From assembly GCA_963802945.1 (NCBI GenBank), contig CAWDKY010000028.1:64001-128000 (forward strand): a stretch of 64,000 nucleotides of DNA, written 5' to 3'. Source of the stretch: an uncultured delta proteobacterium (GTDB lineage: Bacteria > Desulfobacterota > RBG-13-43-22). Made by a program: the position numbers and the translations under genes. Below the pieces are notes generated by a model. It was not told the DNA's origin. It was given only the letters and a program-made list of their open reading frames with translations, and made no database searches. Below are positions 40,656-52,200 of this stretch, one piece after another (within the stretch, counting starts at the first letter, position 1; each line of letters opens with the position of its first letter).

Positions 40656-40846
40656 ATTCCCTCTTATGGCATCGATGGGCGATATGCCATACTTGGTTGG
40701 GAATAAAATATCGATTGGCACGCGGCATCTCTGGTCTTCTTAACCCACTCTTTTTGGGGGGTAAAAAGATCGGTTTAAGGCCTTTTTAACCCATTATTTT
40801 TAGTATCTTTCAGTGGAATTTCAATCTATTGTCTCGGTCCGACCCC
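40656..40846. repeat. 191-bp direct repeat, copy 2
   Basis: Nearly identical to 39238..39428. Confidence 0.9.
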
Positions 40847-40849
40847 GCT

Positions 40850-40990
40850 TTGCAATTCTCCTTATCGTAAGTGTAATGATAATTCCCGGACAAAGGCGTA
40901 GTCATGGTCCGGCGCAGAGTCACGCCAGTGTAATCAAAACCATAACTGATGGTTCGTGGATTGGTCAATACGATCATGCTGATATTGTCA
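40850..40990 (-). pseudogene. Truncated start of a further orphan RHS cassette
   Basis: Encodes ..LTNPRTISYGFDYTGVTLRRTMTTPLSGNYHYTYDKE, matching 43190..43330 and 47820..47960. Confidence 0.75.
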
Positions 40991-41500
40991 TTATTTTTCT
41001 TGCCCCATTTTTAGAAGATTATCTAATTTTTCTTTAAAAAGCTTAGCTTCTTGTTCATTGAATGAAAGTTCTCTCCCTTCAATGGAAAGAACAAAATTAG
41101 TAAAATCCAATAGCACGGCCATGTATTTTTTTTTAGGAATAAAAAATAAAATTTTATCTGTATATTTTATATAAATATCATACGTTGGAAAATATTTATT
41201 CGAATATCTCCTATTTTCATTATATACATTTAAAATTAACTGTACGAGTTCTGAAGAAGTAATAGTTTTATTTTTTAAAATTACTTCTTTTCGTATTTGT
41301 CCTGGAGTAACATAATTTTCACTTAACTTATTTTTTGTAGGATCGATTTCAAGGATAATTTCAACAAACCCATTATTTAAATAAGATAATTGTCTTTCAA
41401 GAGTTTTATCGTCAACGTAAACATAATAAAATGAATCACATGAAAAACATAATATTATTAAAAGGTAGAAGAAAAATATTAAAGAAATCTTTTTCCCCAT
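40991..41500 (-). CDS. Putative immunity lipoprotein for the upstream PLA2-like toxin
   Basis: Directly downstream of the toxin tip; very AT-rich; lipobox-like CFSC; paralog of 43340..43843. Confidence 0.7.
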   Translation of the reverse strand: MGKKISLIFFFYLLIILCFSCDSFYYVYVDDKTLERQLSYLNNGFVEIILEIDPTKNKLSENYVTPGQIRKEVILKNKTITSSELVQLILNVYNENRRYSNKYFPTYDIYIKYTDKILFFIPKKKYMAVLLDFTNFVLSIEGRELSFNEQEAKLFKEKLDNLLKMGQEK

Positions 41501-41511
41501 TTTTCCCTCCC

Positions 41512-43330
41512 TTATCTGCCCATAAATTCAAAAATGGTTTGTGCTCCAATACGATAACTAATAGTATACCTTGTCGGCATCCACCAAGGTGGAGGGGTTT
41601 TCCACATAAAAGGAAGTATTGGTAATTCAGATAAACATTTTGATAATTGCCTATCACAATCTTTTCTGGATTTCTTCTTACAACTATCAATATCATACCA
41701 ATCAGATATTTTGGAATTTGAATAACACTGATCATGCTGCATAAAACATTTATCCATACTATCTATGGGTTTTCCTGGGCCACTCCTTCCCGGTCCTCCC
41801 CATCTTCCGTATGGGGGAATTATCCAATTTGGAAATAGCCCTTGAGGATCTATCCAATTAACCGGATCGCTTAGGTTATACCCAAATAAATCCGTATCTA
41901 TGCCCTGGAAGAGAATAGGATCCTTGGCTGTCCAACGTCCAACTTCGGGGCTGTAATCCCGATATCCAAATCGTACCAATCCCGTGTCTCGGTCATGGAG
42001 ACCACCGGCAAAGCCAATGGGAACGCTCATTGTTGGATTCGTGTCTGAAATTATATTGCCGAAGGAATCATAGTCAATCTTTTTAACGATAGTGCCGGAG
42101 GCATCAGTGACGGTTTTAAGAGAGCCGACCTGGTCATAGGCAAGGTAATAAGTGCTACCATTGTAGGTCATAGAGACCGGCAGACGGCCATCGGCGTAGT
42201 TAAAGCTCATTATCAGGTTGTCATTACCATCATAGACGGCCAATAGGGTAATAGCATCCTTCCAGAGATATTTTTCAATTATGGTTCCATTGATACGTTT
42301 TGCAATCCTGCGTCCCATTGGGTCATGGTCGTAGGTAATGACAGCGGAGGAGGGCAGGGTGGCAGAGAGGAGTTCTCCCCGCGAAGAATAAGTAGTAGTT
42401 ATTGTTCCGGCCGAGGTTGTCTTCTGAGTCAGAAAACCATCGACATCGAATTGATATGTATCGGTGCCTGCAGTGATGACTTGATCTTCGACCGAGATGG
42501 TATAGGAACGGTTAACGCCACGGAGGGTGTTTATTTCCGTGAGGCGATTGCCATTTGGATCATAGGTGTAAGACTCCACGACCACACTATTTTTTTTGAC
42601 TTTATTCAGCCTGCCATTGGTATCGTATGCATAGTCATAGGTGTCGGTTGCTCCATCGATGGTTTCCACTTTTTGGGTGATCCTTCCGGCCAAGTCACGG
42701 GTGAGGGAGTAATTGTATTTGTTAGCCCCTCCTATTGTGTAAGCAGAGCCATCCAGTTCCCCATAGCCACTAAAGGTCCGGGAATTTGTCAAGGTTCCAT
42801 CCGAAACCGTTTCCGGCAATCCGTTCCGGGCATTGCGGGTAATAGTGAAAGACCCTGCATCGGTTAACAACCCGTCGTTATCATAAGTGAAAGGTTGGGA
42901 TGCCCCGGCATAGCTCAAAGAGGAAAGCCTGAAATCGTTGTTGAAACTATACCCGATGGTCTGGTTAAGCAATCCTGTTCGGGTATCGGTGGTTAGGAGG
43001 GAACCATCATATCCGTAAGTGACTTTTTCTGTACCTCTTGTCGCTTCCCCCAGGAGAGACGAGCAGTTATAGGTATAGCTGGTTACGCCTTCCGGGGTAG
43101 TGGTAGAACTCAGGAGACCGGTTGAGTAGGTATTCGCAATTTGCCTTCCTGATGGGAAGAGAATGGATTTCAGGTTCCGTTCCTTGTCATAGGTGTATTG
43201 ATAATTCCCGACATGGGTGTGGCCATGGACCTGCGCAGGTTCACGCCAGTGTAATCAAAACCATAACTGATGGTTCGGGGATTGGTCAGCACGGTTACAT
43301 TGCCGTTGGCATCATAGTCATAACTGATTA
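41512..43330 (-). CDS. Orphan RHS cassette A: partial YD core plus PLA2-like C-terminal toxin
   Basis: YD repeats, DPVNWIDPQGL cleavage motif, then YGRWGGPG..PIDSMDKCFMQHDQCY; 5' part nearly identical to the main gene and lacks a real start. Confidence 0.85.
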
Positions 43331-43339
43331 GCTTGTATT

Positions 43340-43843
43340 TTATGGGGATGGCATATTTAAAAGAAAATCTAATGTTGTCTGAAGTAACTTAGCTTCTTGT
43401 TCATTAAAAACAAATTTTCTCCCTTCAATAAAAATAATAGAATTTTTAAAATCAAGGATAACACCTAAAAATTTTTTCGAGGGAAAGAAAAATAAAAACC
43501 TATCAGGATATTTAATAAATATCTTATAGGTTGGGTACCACCCCTCTCCAGAGTACCTTTGGTTTTTCTTGGTTATCTCTAAGATTAAATGAATCATTTC
43601 TAATGATTTTGTCGTATTTTTTATTAAAACCTTTTCAATAATTATTTTTCCAGGAGCAACATATTTCTTGTTATTATCATCTTTTGTTGGATCAATTTGT
43701 AAAACAACTGAGACAAAGCCATTACTAATATTTGATAGTTGCTTTTGAAATGTATAATTATCGACATAAACATAATCAAATGACTCACAACATATAACCA
43801 TCAAAAGAAAAATAAAAATCTTGGGGTATATTTTCTTTTTCAT
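43340..43843 (-). CDS. Putative immunity lipoprotein
   Basis: MKKKIYPKIFIFLLMVICC signal/lipobox-like sequence; follows the toxin tip; paralog of 40991..41500. Confidence 0.7.
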   Translation of the reverse strand: MKKKIYPKIFIFLLMVICCESFDYVYVDNYTFQKQLSNISNGFVSVVLQIDPTKDDNNKKYVAPGKIIIEKVLIKNTTKSLEMIHLILEITKKNQRYSGEGWYPTYKIFIKYPDRFLFFFPSKKFLGVILDFKNSIIFIEGRKFVFNEQEAKLLQTTLDFLLNMPSP

Positions 43844-43857
43844 ATTTCGTTTTTCCT

Positions 43858-45755
43858 TTATCTGCTCATCAACCAAAATAAACCTTGAGATCCAATTCGG
43901 TACAACGTAGCGTATTCAATGGGCATCCACCAAGGAGGCCGATTTTTCCACAATAACGGATTAAAAGATAGTTTTGAAATACAATTTTTTACTTCTTTAT
44001 CGCATCCTTTCCTGTCCTTTAGTTGAGAATTATTAACCTTCCAATCATTTATACCAAATTTCTCATAATTTTTATCATGGGCTCTAAAGCATTCATCCAA
44101 ACTGTCTATTGGATCTTCCGGTCCACTTCTTCCTGGCCCCCCCCATCTCCCGTATGGAGGAACAAACCAATTGGGGAATTCTATGGTTACAAGGGAGGAA
44201 GATGCGCTTAAACCCCCTCTGGAAAGAGCTCCTTGGACATATTGTTGAATAAGCACGGCCTGTTCAGTAAGTCCAAATGGATCCATCCAATTCACTGGAT
44301 CATTTTGTAAATAGCCATATAGATTCATATCCCCACCAGCAAACAGGATAGGATCCTTGGCTGTCCAACGTCCAACTTCGGGGCTGTAATCCCGATATCC
44401 AAATCGTACCAATCCCGTGTCTCGGTCATGGAGACCACCGGCAAAGCCAAAGGGGATAGTAAATGACGGGTTTGTATCACCGATGATGTTGCCGAATGAA
44501 TCATAGTCAATCTTTTTTGTCATATTTCCAACAGTGTCCGTAACTGCTTTTAAAGATCCTACTTGATCATAAGCGAGGTAATAGGTGGCACCGGCCTTTG
44601 TCATAGAAATCGGCATCCGGCCATCGGCATAATTAAATCTCATCAGGAGATTATCATTACCGTCATAGACAGCCATTAACCTGGTCCGACCCTGCCAGAG
44701 GTATTTTTCAGTTATTACACCATTCACTTTTTTAGCAATCCTTCGGGCCAATGGATCATGGAGGTACTCGATTGTTCGCCCATCTGAAAGTAATGATGAT
44801 AATAACTCACCACGGGATGAATAATGGTAGTTCGTCGTACTTGCACCCTGATTCTTTGAAGTGAGAAACCCATCCAGATTGTATTGATATGAGACATTCC
44901 CAGCAGTCAGCAGGTGATCTTCGATAGAATAGACCAGATTCCGTCCGGCTATCCCCCTTAGGGTATTTACCTCATAGGTTCTTGTCCCATTTAAGCTATA
45001 CTGGTATTGTTCAACAATAGAGCCATTTTTAGAAGCAGTCAAAAGACGGTCCATGGGGTCGTAAGTGTAAGTGTAATTAGTAGAAGTCCCGTCAACTGTT
45101 TCTGTACGGGTTGAAATCCTACCTGTATCAGTGCGAGTCAGCGACCATGAAAGAGGAGTCTGGCTTCCGATCGTATAAACCTCTCCATCTTCCTCTCCAT
45201 AGCCATTAAATGTACGGTTCAGATTCAATGCCCCATCATTGACCGATGTTGGCAGGCCAGTAGCTGCATTCCGACCGATGGTAAAGGGCCCCGCACCGGT
45301 CAATAACCCGTCATTGTCGTAACTAAAATTCACCGGTTGACCGGCATAGGTAAATGAAGATAAGTTGAAATCGTTGTTGTACGTATACTGCAATGCCTGG
45401 TTCAGGGAGCCGTTCAAAGTCTCGGAGGTGATCAATGCGCCGTCATAGGTGTAAGTGATCCCTTCTGTGCCCTTGGTTATGTTACCAATCTTCGAATCAC
45501 AGAGATGATTATAAACGATATTTCCTTCCGGGTCTCTGTTCGGATGAGTTGACCCTGATTATAGATATTATTGATCAGTATGCCGGAAGGAAAAGTTAAC
45601 TTGACTAGGTTCCTCTCTTTATCATACAGGTATCCATAACTGCCGCTCAGTGGAGTCTGATAAGAACTGTTTAGGTTGACTTTGTTATACCAGAAAACGT
45701 GATTAATTAATGATGGATTGGTCAACACGGTCATGTTGCCATTGGCATATTTCTG
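43858..45755 (-). CDS. Orphan RHS cassette B: partial YD core with decayed 5' part plus PLA2-like toxin
   Basis: ORFs 45477..45767 and 43858..45435; DPVNWMDPFGL, then YGRWGGPG..PIDSLDECFRAHDKNY. Confidence 0.85.
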
Positions 45756-45861
45756 TATGAATTTCAAATAGATATGATGTCAATTAAATTATTAAAGAGC
45801 GTCCCCCTTCTCAGGTTCATGCTGACCCTATTTTAAGAAAATAGACCCCAAACTACTAACC

Positions 45862-46212
45862 CTATGAGATGAAGAATACTATTTTTATAATCCCTGCGGC
45901 GGCTGCAGAACAAATTAAAAATACCAAACTTATTTTGATAATTTTAATCTCAGTTGGTGAAAGTGCCCTAGGAGAATAAAAAAAATGATGCAATAACCAA
46001 AGAATCAAGCCAATCAAAAAACCTGCCAGCCCCGATTTAAGAATAAAAAATGGCAACCAAAAAATACCAATTATCCAAGTTGACGATGGGCGCCCAATGA
46101 ATAATTGGGAAATCATAATGCTTAAATAGTAACTTGCCCCCATTGATAAACCAATTATTCCACCCACAAAGGAAAAGACGTTAGGATATTTTAATTTCAT
46201 TATTTTCTCCAT
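45862..46212 (-). CDS. Putative membrane immunity protein of the main toxin
   Basis: About three hydrophobic segments; start overlaps the toxin stop codon (TAATG). Confidence 0.7.
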   Translation of the reverse strand: MEKIMKLKYPNVFSFVGGIIGLSMGASYYLSIMISQLFIGRPSSTWIIGIFWLPFFILKSGLAGFLIGLILWLLHHFFYSPRALSPTEIKIIKISLVFLICSAAAAGIIKIVFFIS

Positions 46213-49200
46213 TAACGCAAACTACCACAACAAGGGAAATAAGAAATCGAGCCACCAATTTTGACTGCATAGCTATAAAATAAGGCCCTATAATTACATG
46301 CTTCTCTATCCTTAGAAGCGACTCTCTTACATTTTTCTTTTATGCATTCACTAAATGTATTATCGCAATTCGCTTTTCCCTTACAACCCTCATAACAATT
46401 ATCATGAGCATCGCAGCATTGGCTAAAACCCCATGGATCAGGAATACTCATACCATATGGCCCGCATCCTTTAAGCCCTTCAAGGTCGACAAAATTAACA
46501 GGGTCATTGTATACATATCCATAAAGATTTGTCTCTTTAGTAGCGAAATCAATAGGGTCTTTAGCAGTCCAGCGACCGATATTGGGATCATAATCACGTG
46601 CTCCGAAGCGGACTAAGTTGGTGCCACGGTCATGAAGGCCACCGGCAAAGCCGAATGGAATTGTAAGTGAAAGATTGGAGTCGGTGACGATGGTGCCAAA
46701 GGTGTCGTAACCAATTTTTTTGACGATGGTGCCAGAAGTGTCGATGACTGTTTTTAGGGAATCTATCTGGTCATAGGCAAGGTAATAAGTACTACCATTA
46801 TAGGTCATAGAGACCGGCATTCGACCATCGGCATAATTGAAGCGCAGTATCAAGTTGTCGCTGGCATCATAGACGGCCAGAAGGGTAGTTGCGCTGGCCC
46901 AGAGATATTTTTCTACAATGGTTCCATTAACCCTTTTGGCTATTCTTCTACCCATCGGGTCGTGGTCGTAAGTGATAACAGCGGAAGAGGGCAGGGTGGC
47001 AGAGAGGAGTTCTCCCCGCGAGGAATAAGTGGTAGTCATTGTTCCTGCGGGGGTTGTCTTCTGGGTCAAAAAGCCATCGGTATCGAATTGATAAGTATCG
47101 GTTCCAGCGGTGATGACTTGATCTTCAACCGAGACGGTATAGGAACGATTGACGCCCCGAAGGGTATTTATCTCGGTCATGCGGTTGCCATTGGCATCGT
47201 AGGTGTAAGACTCCACAACCATGCTATTCTTTTTGACTTCATTCAGCCTGCCGTTGGTATCGTAACCATAATTATAAGTATCCGTCACCCCATCCAACGT
47301 TTCGATTTTTTGAGTGATCCTTCCGGCCAGGTCACGGGTGAGGGTGTAACTGTATTTGTCTGCTCCTCCTACTGTGTAAGCAGAACCATCCAATTCCCCA
47401 TAACCGTTGAATGTCCAGGTATTGGTCATGTTTCCATCTGAAACCGATACAGGTAATCCGTTTTGGGCATTACGGGTTATGGTGTATGAACCGGAGCCGG
47501 TCAACAGCCCATCACTGTCATAGGTGAAGGATTGGGATGCCCCGGCATAGCTTAAAGAGGTAGGCCTGAAATCGTTGTTATAACCATACCCGATGGTCTG
47601 GTTAATCAGGCCTGTTCGGGTATCGGTGGTTAGGAGGGAACCATCATATCCGTAAATGACTTTTTCTGTAACTCTTGTCGCTTCCCCCAGGAGAGACGAG
47701 CAGTTATAGGTATAGCTGGTTACGCCTTCCGGGGTAGTGGTAGAACTCAGGAGACCGGTTGAGTAGGTATTCGCAATTTGCCTTCCTGATGGGAAGAGAA
47801 TGGATTTCAGGTTCCGTTCCTTGTCATAAGTGTATTGATAATTCCCGGACATAGGTGTGGCCATGGACCTGCGCAGGTTCACACCAGTGTAATCGAATCC
47901 ATAACTTATTGACTTGGGGTTCATTAAAATAGTCATGTTGCCATTTGCGTCATAGTCATAACTGATCATAGTGTAGTCCGGCAGGGTCTGGGCCTTAATT
48001 CTTCCTATTATATCATAGGTGTAAGAATAAGTCTTCCCATCGGGGGCAGTCAGGCTCTGAATATTGCCTTGATTGTCATAAGTAATTGTGGAAGTCCTGT
48101 TGCCGATTACGGCGGTAGTCAACCTTCCTTTGGTGTCGTATCCATAACCTAAGGGGAGAAGACCTGTCAACGTCATATTCTGGGTGAGCAGGTTCAAAGG
48201 ATTATAGGTGCGGGTTATCATCCTCCCCAAGGGCGATGTGCTGGTCAGAGTCCCAGTGAGGGTATTGTTGAGAATTGTCCAATTGTAGCCGTTTATGCCG
48301 AGAGTTTCTGTTATGAGGTCAGGGATTGAATCCCCATTATAGTCCTGATAGATTCTGGTGTCGGTGGCGATTAGCATGAGGCCGGCAGGGGTGCGTTGGG
48401 TGAATTCTTTGAGGTATTTGTACTTGTAAGCCGAGTCAAGGTCATATTTCATGGTCTGGTTCATGCCGCAGGAAGGTTGATTGGTTTCAGTCAGGCCGTC
48501 CGACGGAACGGGTGAAGGTGCTGGCAGAGCCGGAGGGGCTGGTGGTGATGGAGGTATAGGCCCCGGTGGAATCGGTATGGTCTTGGTAGGTGGTGGTGTT
48601 GCCTTCAGCGGTTTGCATGGTTACGGTGACAGTGCCGGAATTATCCACACTCCGGGGATAACTCCAGGATCCTCCTTCCGGATCCAAGATGTTGGTAGAT
48701 CCTACCGTTGCCATCGAATTGATGGACAAAATGGTTTCCCTTGGGATCGTATTCGTCGGTCATCAAACCATCCGAAGTATAGGTAAAGGAATAGGCGGAA
48801 TTATCCGGATAGGTGACAGTGCTGAGATGGTTATTGCCATCTACGGTCAATCGGGTCACAATTCCGTCCGGTGAAGTGATCGACAGGGGCACTCCACTTC
48901 CATCCCTCTGGATAGTGGTCTGGTTGCCGAAACGGTCCGTGATGGAAAGCAGTTTATCTGGCCGAATCATATCCAAAGGTGAGCAGGGTTTTGCCCGTCG
49001 CCAGGTCGATGGTGGATTTGTGGAGACCTGTGCTGTCCATGATATAGCCCTGGCCGTTTACATCGGAGAAAATTATATCTCCAGAAATAGTATAAGGTTT
49101 AATTCCTTCGGGTAGGGGGACTTTTCTAATCCGTGATGCGTTTGAGTCTGCTATATAGATGTTCCCTAAGCTATCTAACGCAACCCCTTGAGGAAAATAA

Positions 49201-52200
49201 AGGCTAGCCTCGGTCGCAGGGACTCCTTCATCAGAAGGATCATAATAAAGTCCTCCGTCCCCGGTTCCGGCGATAGTCATAATGATCCCGCTGGTATCCA
49301 CTTTTCTTATTTTTCGGTTACCCGTATCCGCTATATAAAGATTCCCTACATTGTCTAATGTAATGCCATTTGGGATAATGCTTTCTTGTGTAGCAGGATT
49401 CCCGTCACCACTTCCAGACCAACCCCCATTCCCCGCAATAGTTGTAATGATCCCACTTGCGTCCACCTTCCTTATCTGAAGAAATTCAACTATAAATACG
49501 TTTCCTTTATTATCTACGGCTACAACTTGCGGATAATTTAGGTTCGCCTGTATAGCTAGGCCTCCATCTCCACTAGATCCTCCCTGCCCATTTCCAGCAA
49601 TAGTACTAATAGTCCCACTTGTGTCCACTTTCCTTACCCGCCAATTATCCGGAATAAAAACATTTCCGATGGTATCCACAGCTACACTGCTTGGCCAACC
49701 CAGGCCCGCCTGTGCAGCCGGACCCCCATCTCCACTGAAACTATTATTTCCATTTCCCGCAACAGTGGTAATAATTCCATTTGTATCAATCTTCCTTACC
49801 CGATAATTCCAAGTATCGGCTATGTAGATATTCCCAGGGTCGTCTACTGCTACCCCATATGGCGGACCAATGCTTGCCTGTGTGGCCGGACCCCCATCTC
49901 CACTGAAACTATTATTTCCATTTCCTGCAACAGTGGTAATAATTCCATTTGTATCAATCTTCCTTACCCGATAATTCCAAGTATCGGCTATAAAAATATT
50001 TCCAATATTGTCTACAACGATTCCTTGTGGCTTATTAATTCCGGCCTGTGTCGCAGGTCCTCCGTCTCCGCCGTAAGGCCAGCCGGTTCCAGCAATAGTA
50101 AAAATCGGCCTGGTATTATTTTTTATAATTGTTCCGTCTCCTTTAAACAGAATACTTGGGTCGGCAGGATTCATATGATGATGAGAAGAAACCGACCAAC
50201 CTTCTGCAATAGTTTCCACTTCTCCTCGAGTTACTGTTATTGTGGTATTTTTCCAGGCTATTGCCTCTTCCCGAGCTGTGATTTCGGATACCACGTTTCC
50301 TGTTATTCCAAAGGATCGAACCAAATTTACACTTCCCCAATAGACTGCTTGGTAAACAAATCCGATCTGGATATAGGCAACAGCTGACCCATATTGTCTT
50401 CCGAGGTAATCCAAACCATCCCATATAAATTCCACCTTTTGATAAGGCTGTGGGGGAAGTGTGGTTTCAAAAGTGCGGCCGGCAATCTCCATTTTGACAA
50501 TGATATTCTTCAGGCTGGCTGGGACACTTGAACCGCTGGCCGGGATGGTAACCACTGATTTATATCCTTTTACCCGGCTACTGGCATAATGGAGGGTCAT
50601 GTCCGTACCTGGAATGGAGATATCTTCATGGAAAATTCGACTTCGGTTCTCCATATAGGAGTTAAAGCACATATTATTATCGGGAGGGGGTGGTGATGGT
50701 GGAGAATCATCAACGGGTTCACCTGGTGGATTCGGTAGGATAGCATCAATTGGAAAACCCCATGCCAAGTTGTAGTCCCAAACACTAAAGTGCGTATGCT
50801 CCACCCGCCAGTATGTGGATCCTGGTCTATATTGGTTCGGATCGGTGAGGCCAGGTGCAGGATATTGATTTATACCATCCGTATAGGCATCGACGATGCC
50901 GTCTCCGTTGGTATCGAGGAGGCGGACTACGACACCGTTATCCTGGGGCACCCAGACGGCACGATCTTGGTCATAATAGCCGACCGGTACTATTTCTCCC
51001 ACATTGAAACCGAGAAAATTGTTCACATAGACCACAATCGGTTTATCAAACCGTGCGCTTTGGGCATTATCTACAGAAAGCTCGGCACAATAGGTAAAGG
51101 CCGAGGTCGGCGGCAGTTTGGCCGGCATGGATTCCGGGGTCGTGTATTCCGTGGCCCGGACAGTGATGTTGGTCATGGGCTGTTCATTGCCCTGGGCGTC
51201 TTTCACCCAAGCCCGGTTATCCCCGGTTAGAACCATAGTCAGCGACCTAGTGCCACGGCATTGGTAGTGGTCGAGCTTTTGTGAGTCAGGATGGTTGCAG
51301 CATTGCCGTCAAAGGTAAGAGCCGTGGCCGCGATATCCGCTGGGATCATAACAATGGTCTCGGCATTGGCAATGGTGTTCCAGCCGATATTGACCTGGCG
51401 GTGAGCGGCAAGAAACCCGGTCTTCTGATAATCCACTGTGACCGTACCTCCGCCGTCCAGCGGAATGGAAAATCTGCCTGCGGCATCAGTTTGGGCCGTC
51501 CCATATTCCGGATGACTGTGGATGCCGACAATCGCACCGGACAGGGGATTTCCCGACCTGTCTTTCACCAGCCCGGTGATCAAGGAAAAACGATTGGGAT
51601 CATAACTTGGTATGGTGGCATTAGGAGGAACAAGGTCTTCGTAAGTCTTCCCGTAAGATCCGTCAGGAAGGGGAGAGACATTGGATGCCGGAGCGACGGT
51701 AAAATTGATGGACCCTGAAGTACCCCCTCCGGGTGCAGGGTTGGTGACTATTATCGGGTATGTCCCTTGTGTGGCAACGGCTGTTGCTGGGATGGAGGCT
51801 GAAAGTTGAGTGTTATTTACATAGGTGACCGTTACCGGCGTATTATTGAACTTGACCGAAGAGCTGGTGACAAAATTGCTCCCGGCCAGGCTCAAAGTAA
51901 AACCCGAACTGCCTGCTTTTATTGAACTTGGGCTTATTGCAGAAAGGAGAGGCGGTTATCGAAAGAGTCCCCCCAGTTGCCAGATGGGAAGCATCCAGAT
52001 TAATTTTAAGCTCTGTTCCGCTGACATAGGTGGTTGATTCGGTCTGGCCATTTACAAAAACACTTGTACCGGGAAAGAATCCTGTGCCGTAGATTGTGAG
52101 CGTCAATCCCGAGCCTCCGGCTTGAGTGGAAGCAGGATTAATGGCGGTTATGGCCGGAACCGGGTTTATCACGGCAAGCACCAGAGTATTGGAAGAACCG

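Noticed and set aside
41512-49991. Near-identical repeats as diversity-generating retroelement TR/VR pairs
   Set aside because: No reverse transcriptase in the window and no adenine-specific mismatch pattern seen; RHS cassette recombination explains them
48487-51260. Programmed ribosomal frameshifting in the teneurin-like gene
   Set aside because: No slippery heptamers or shared stimulatory structure, and several sequential shifts would give negligible product
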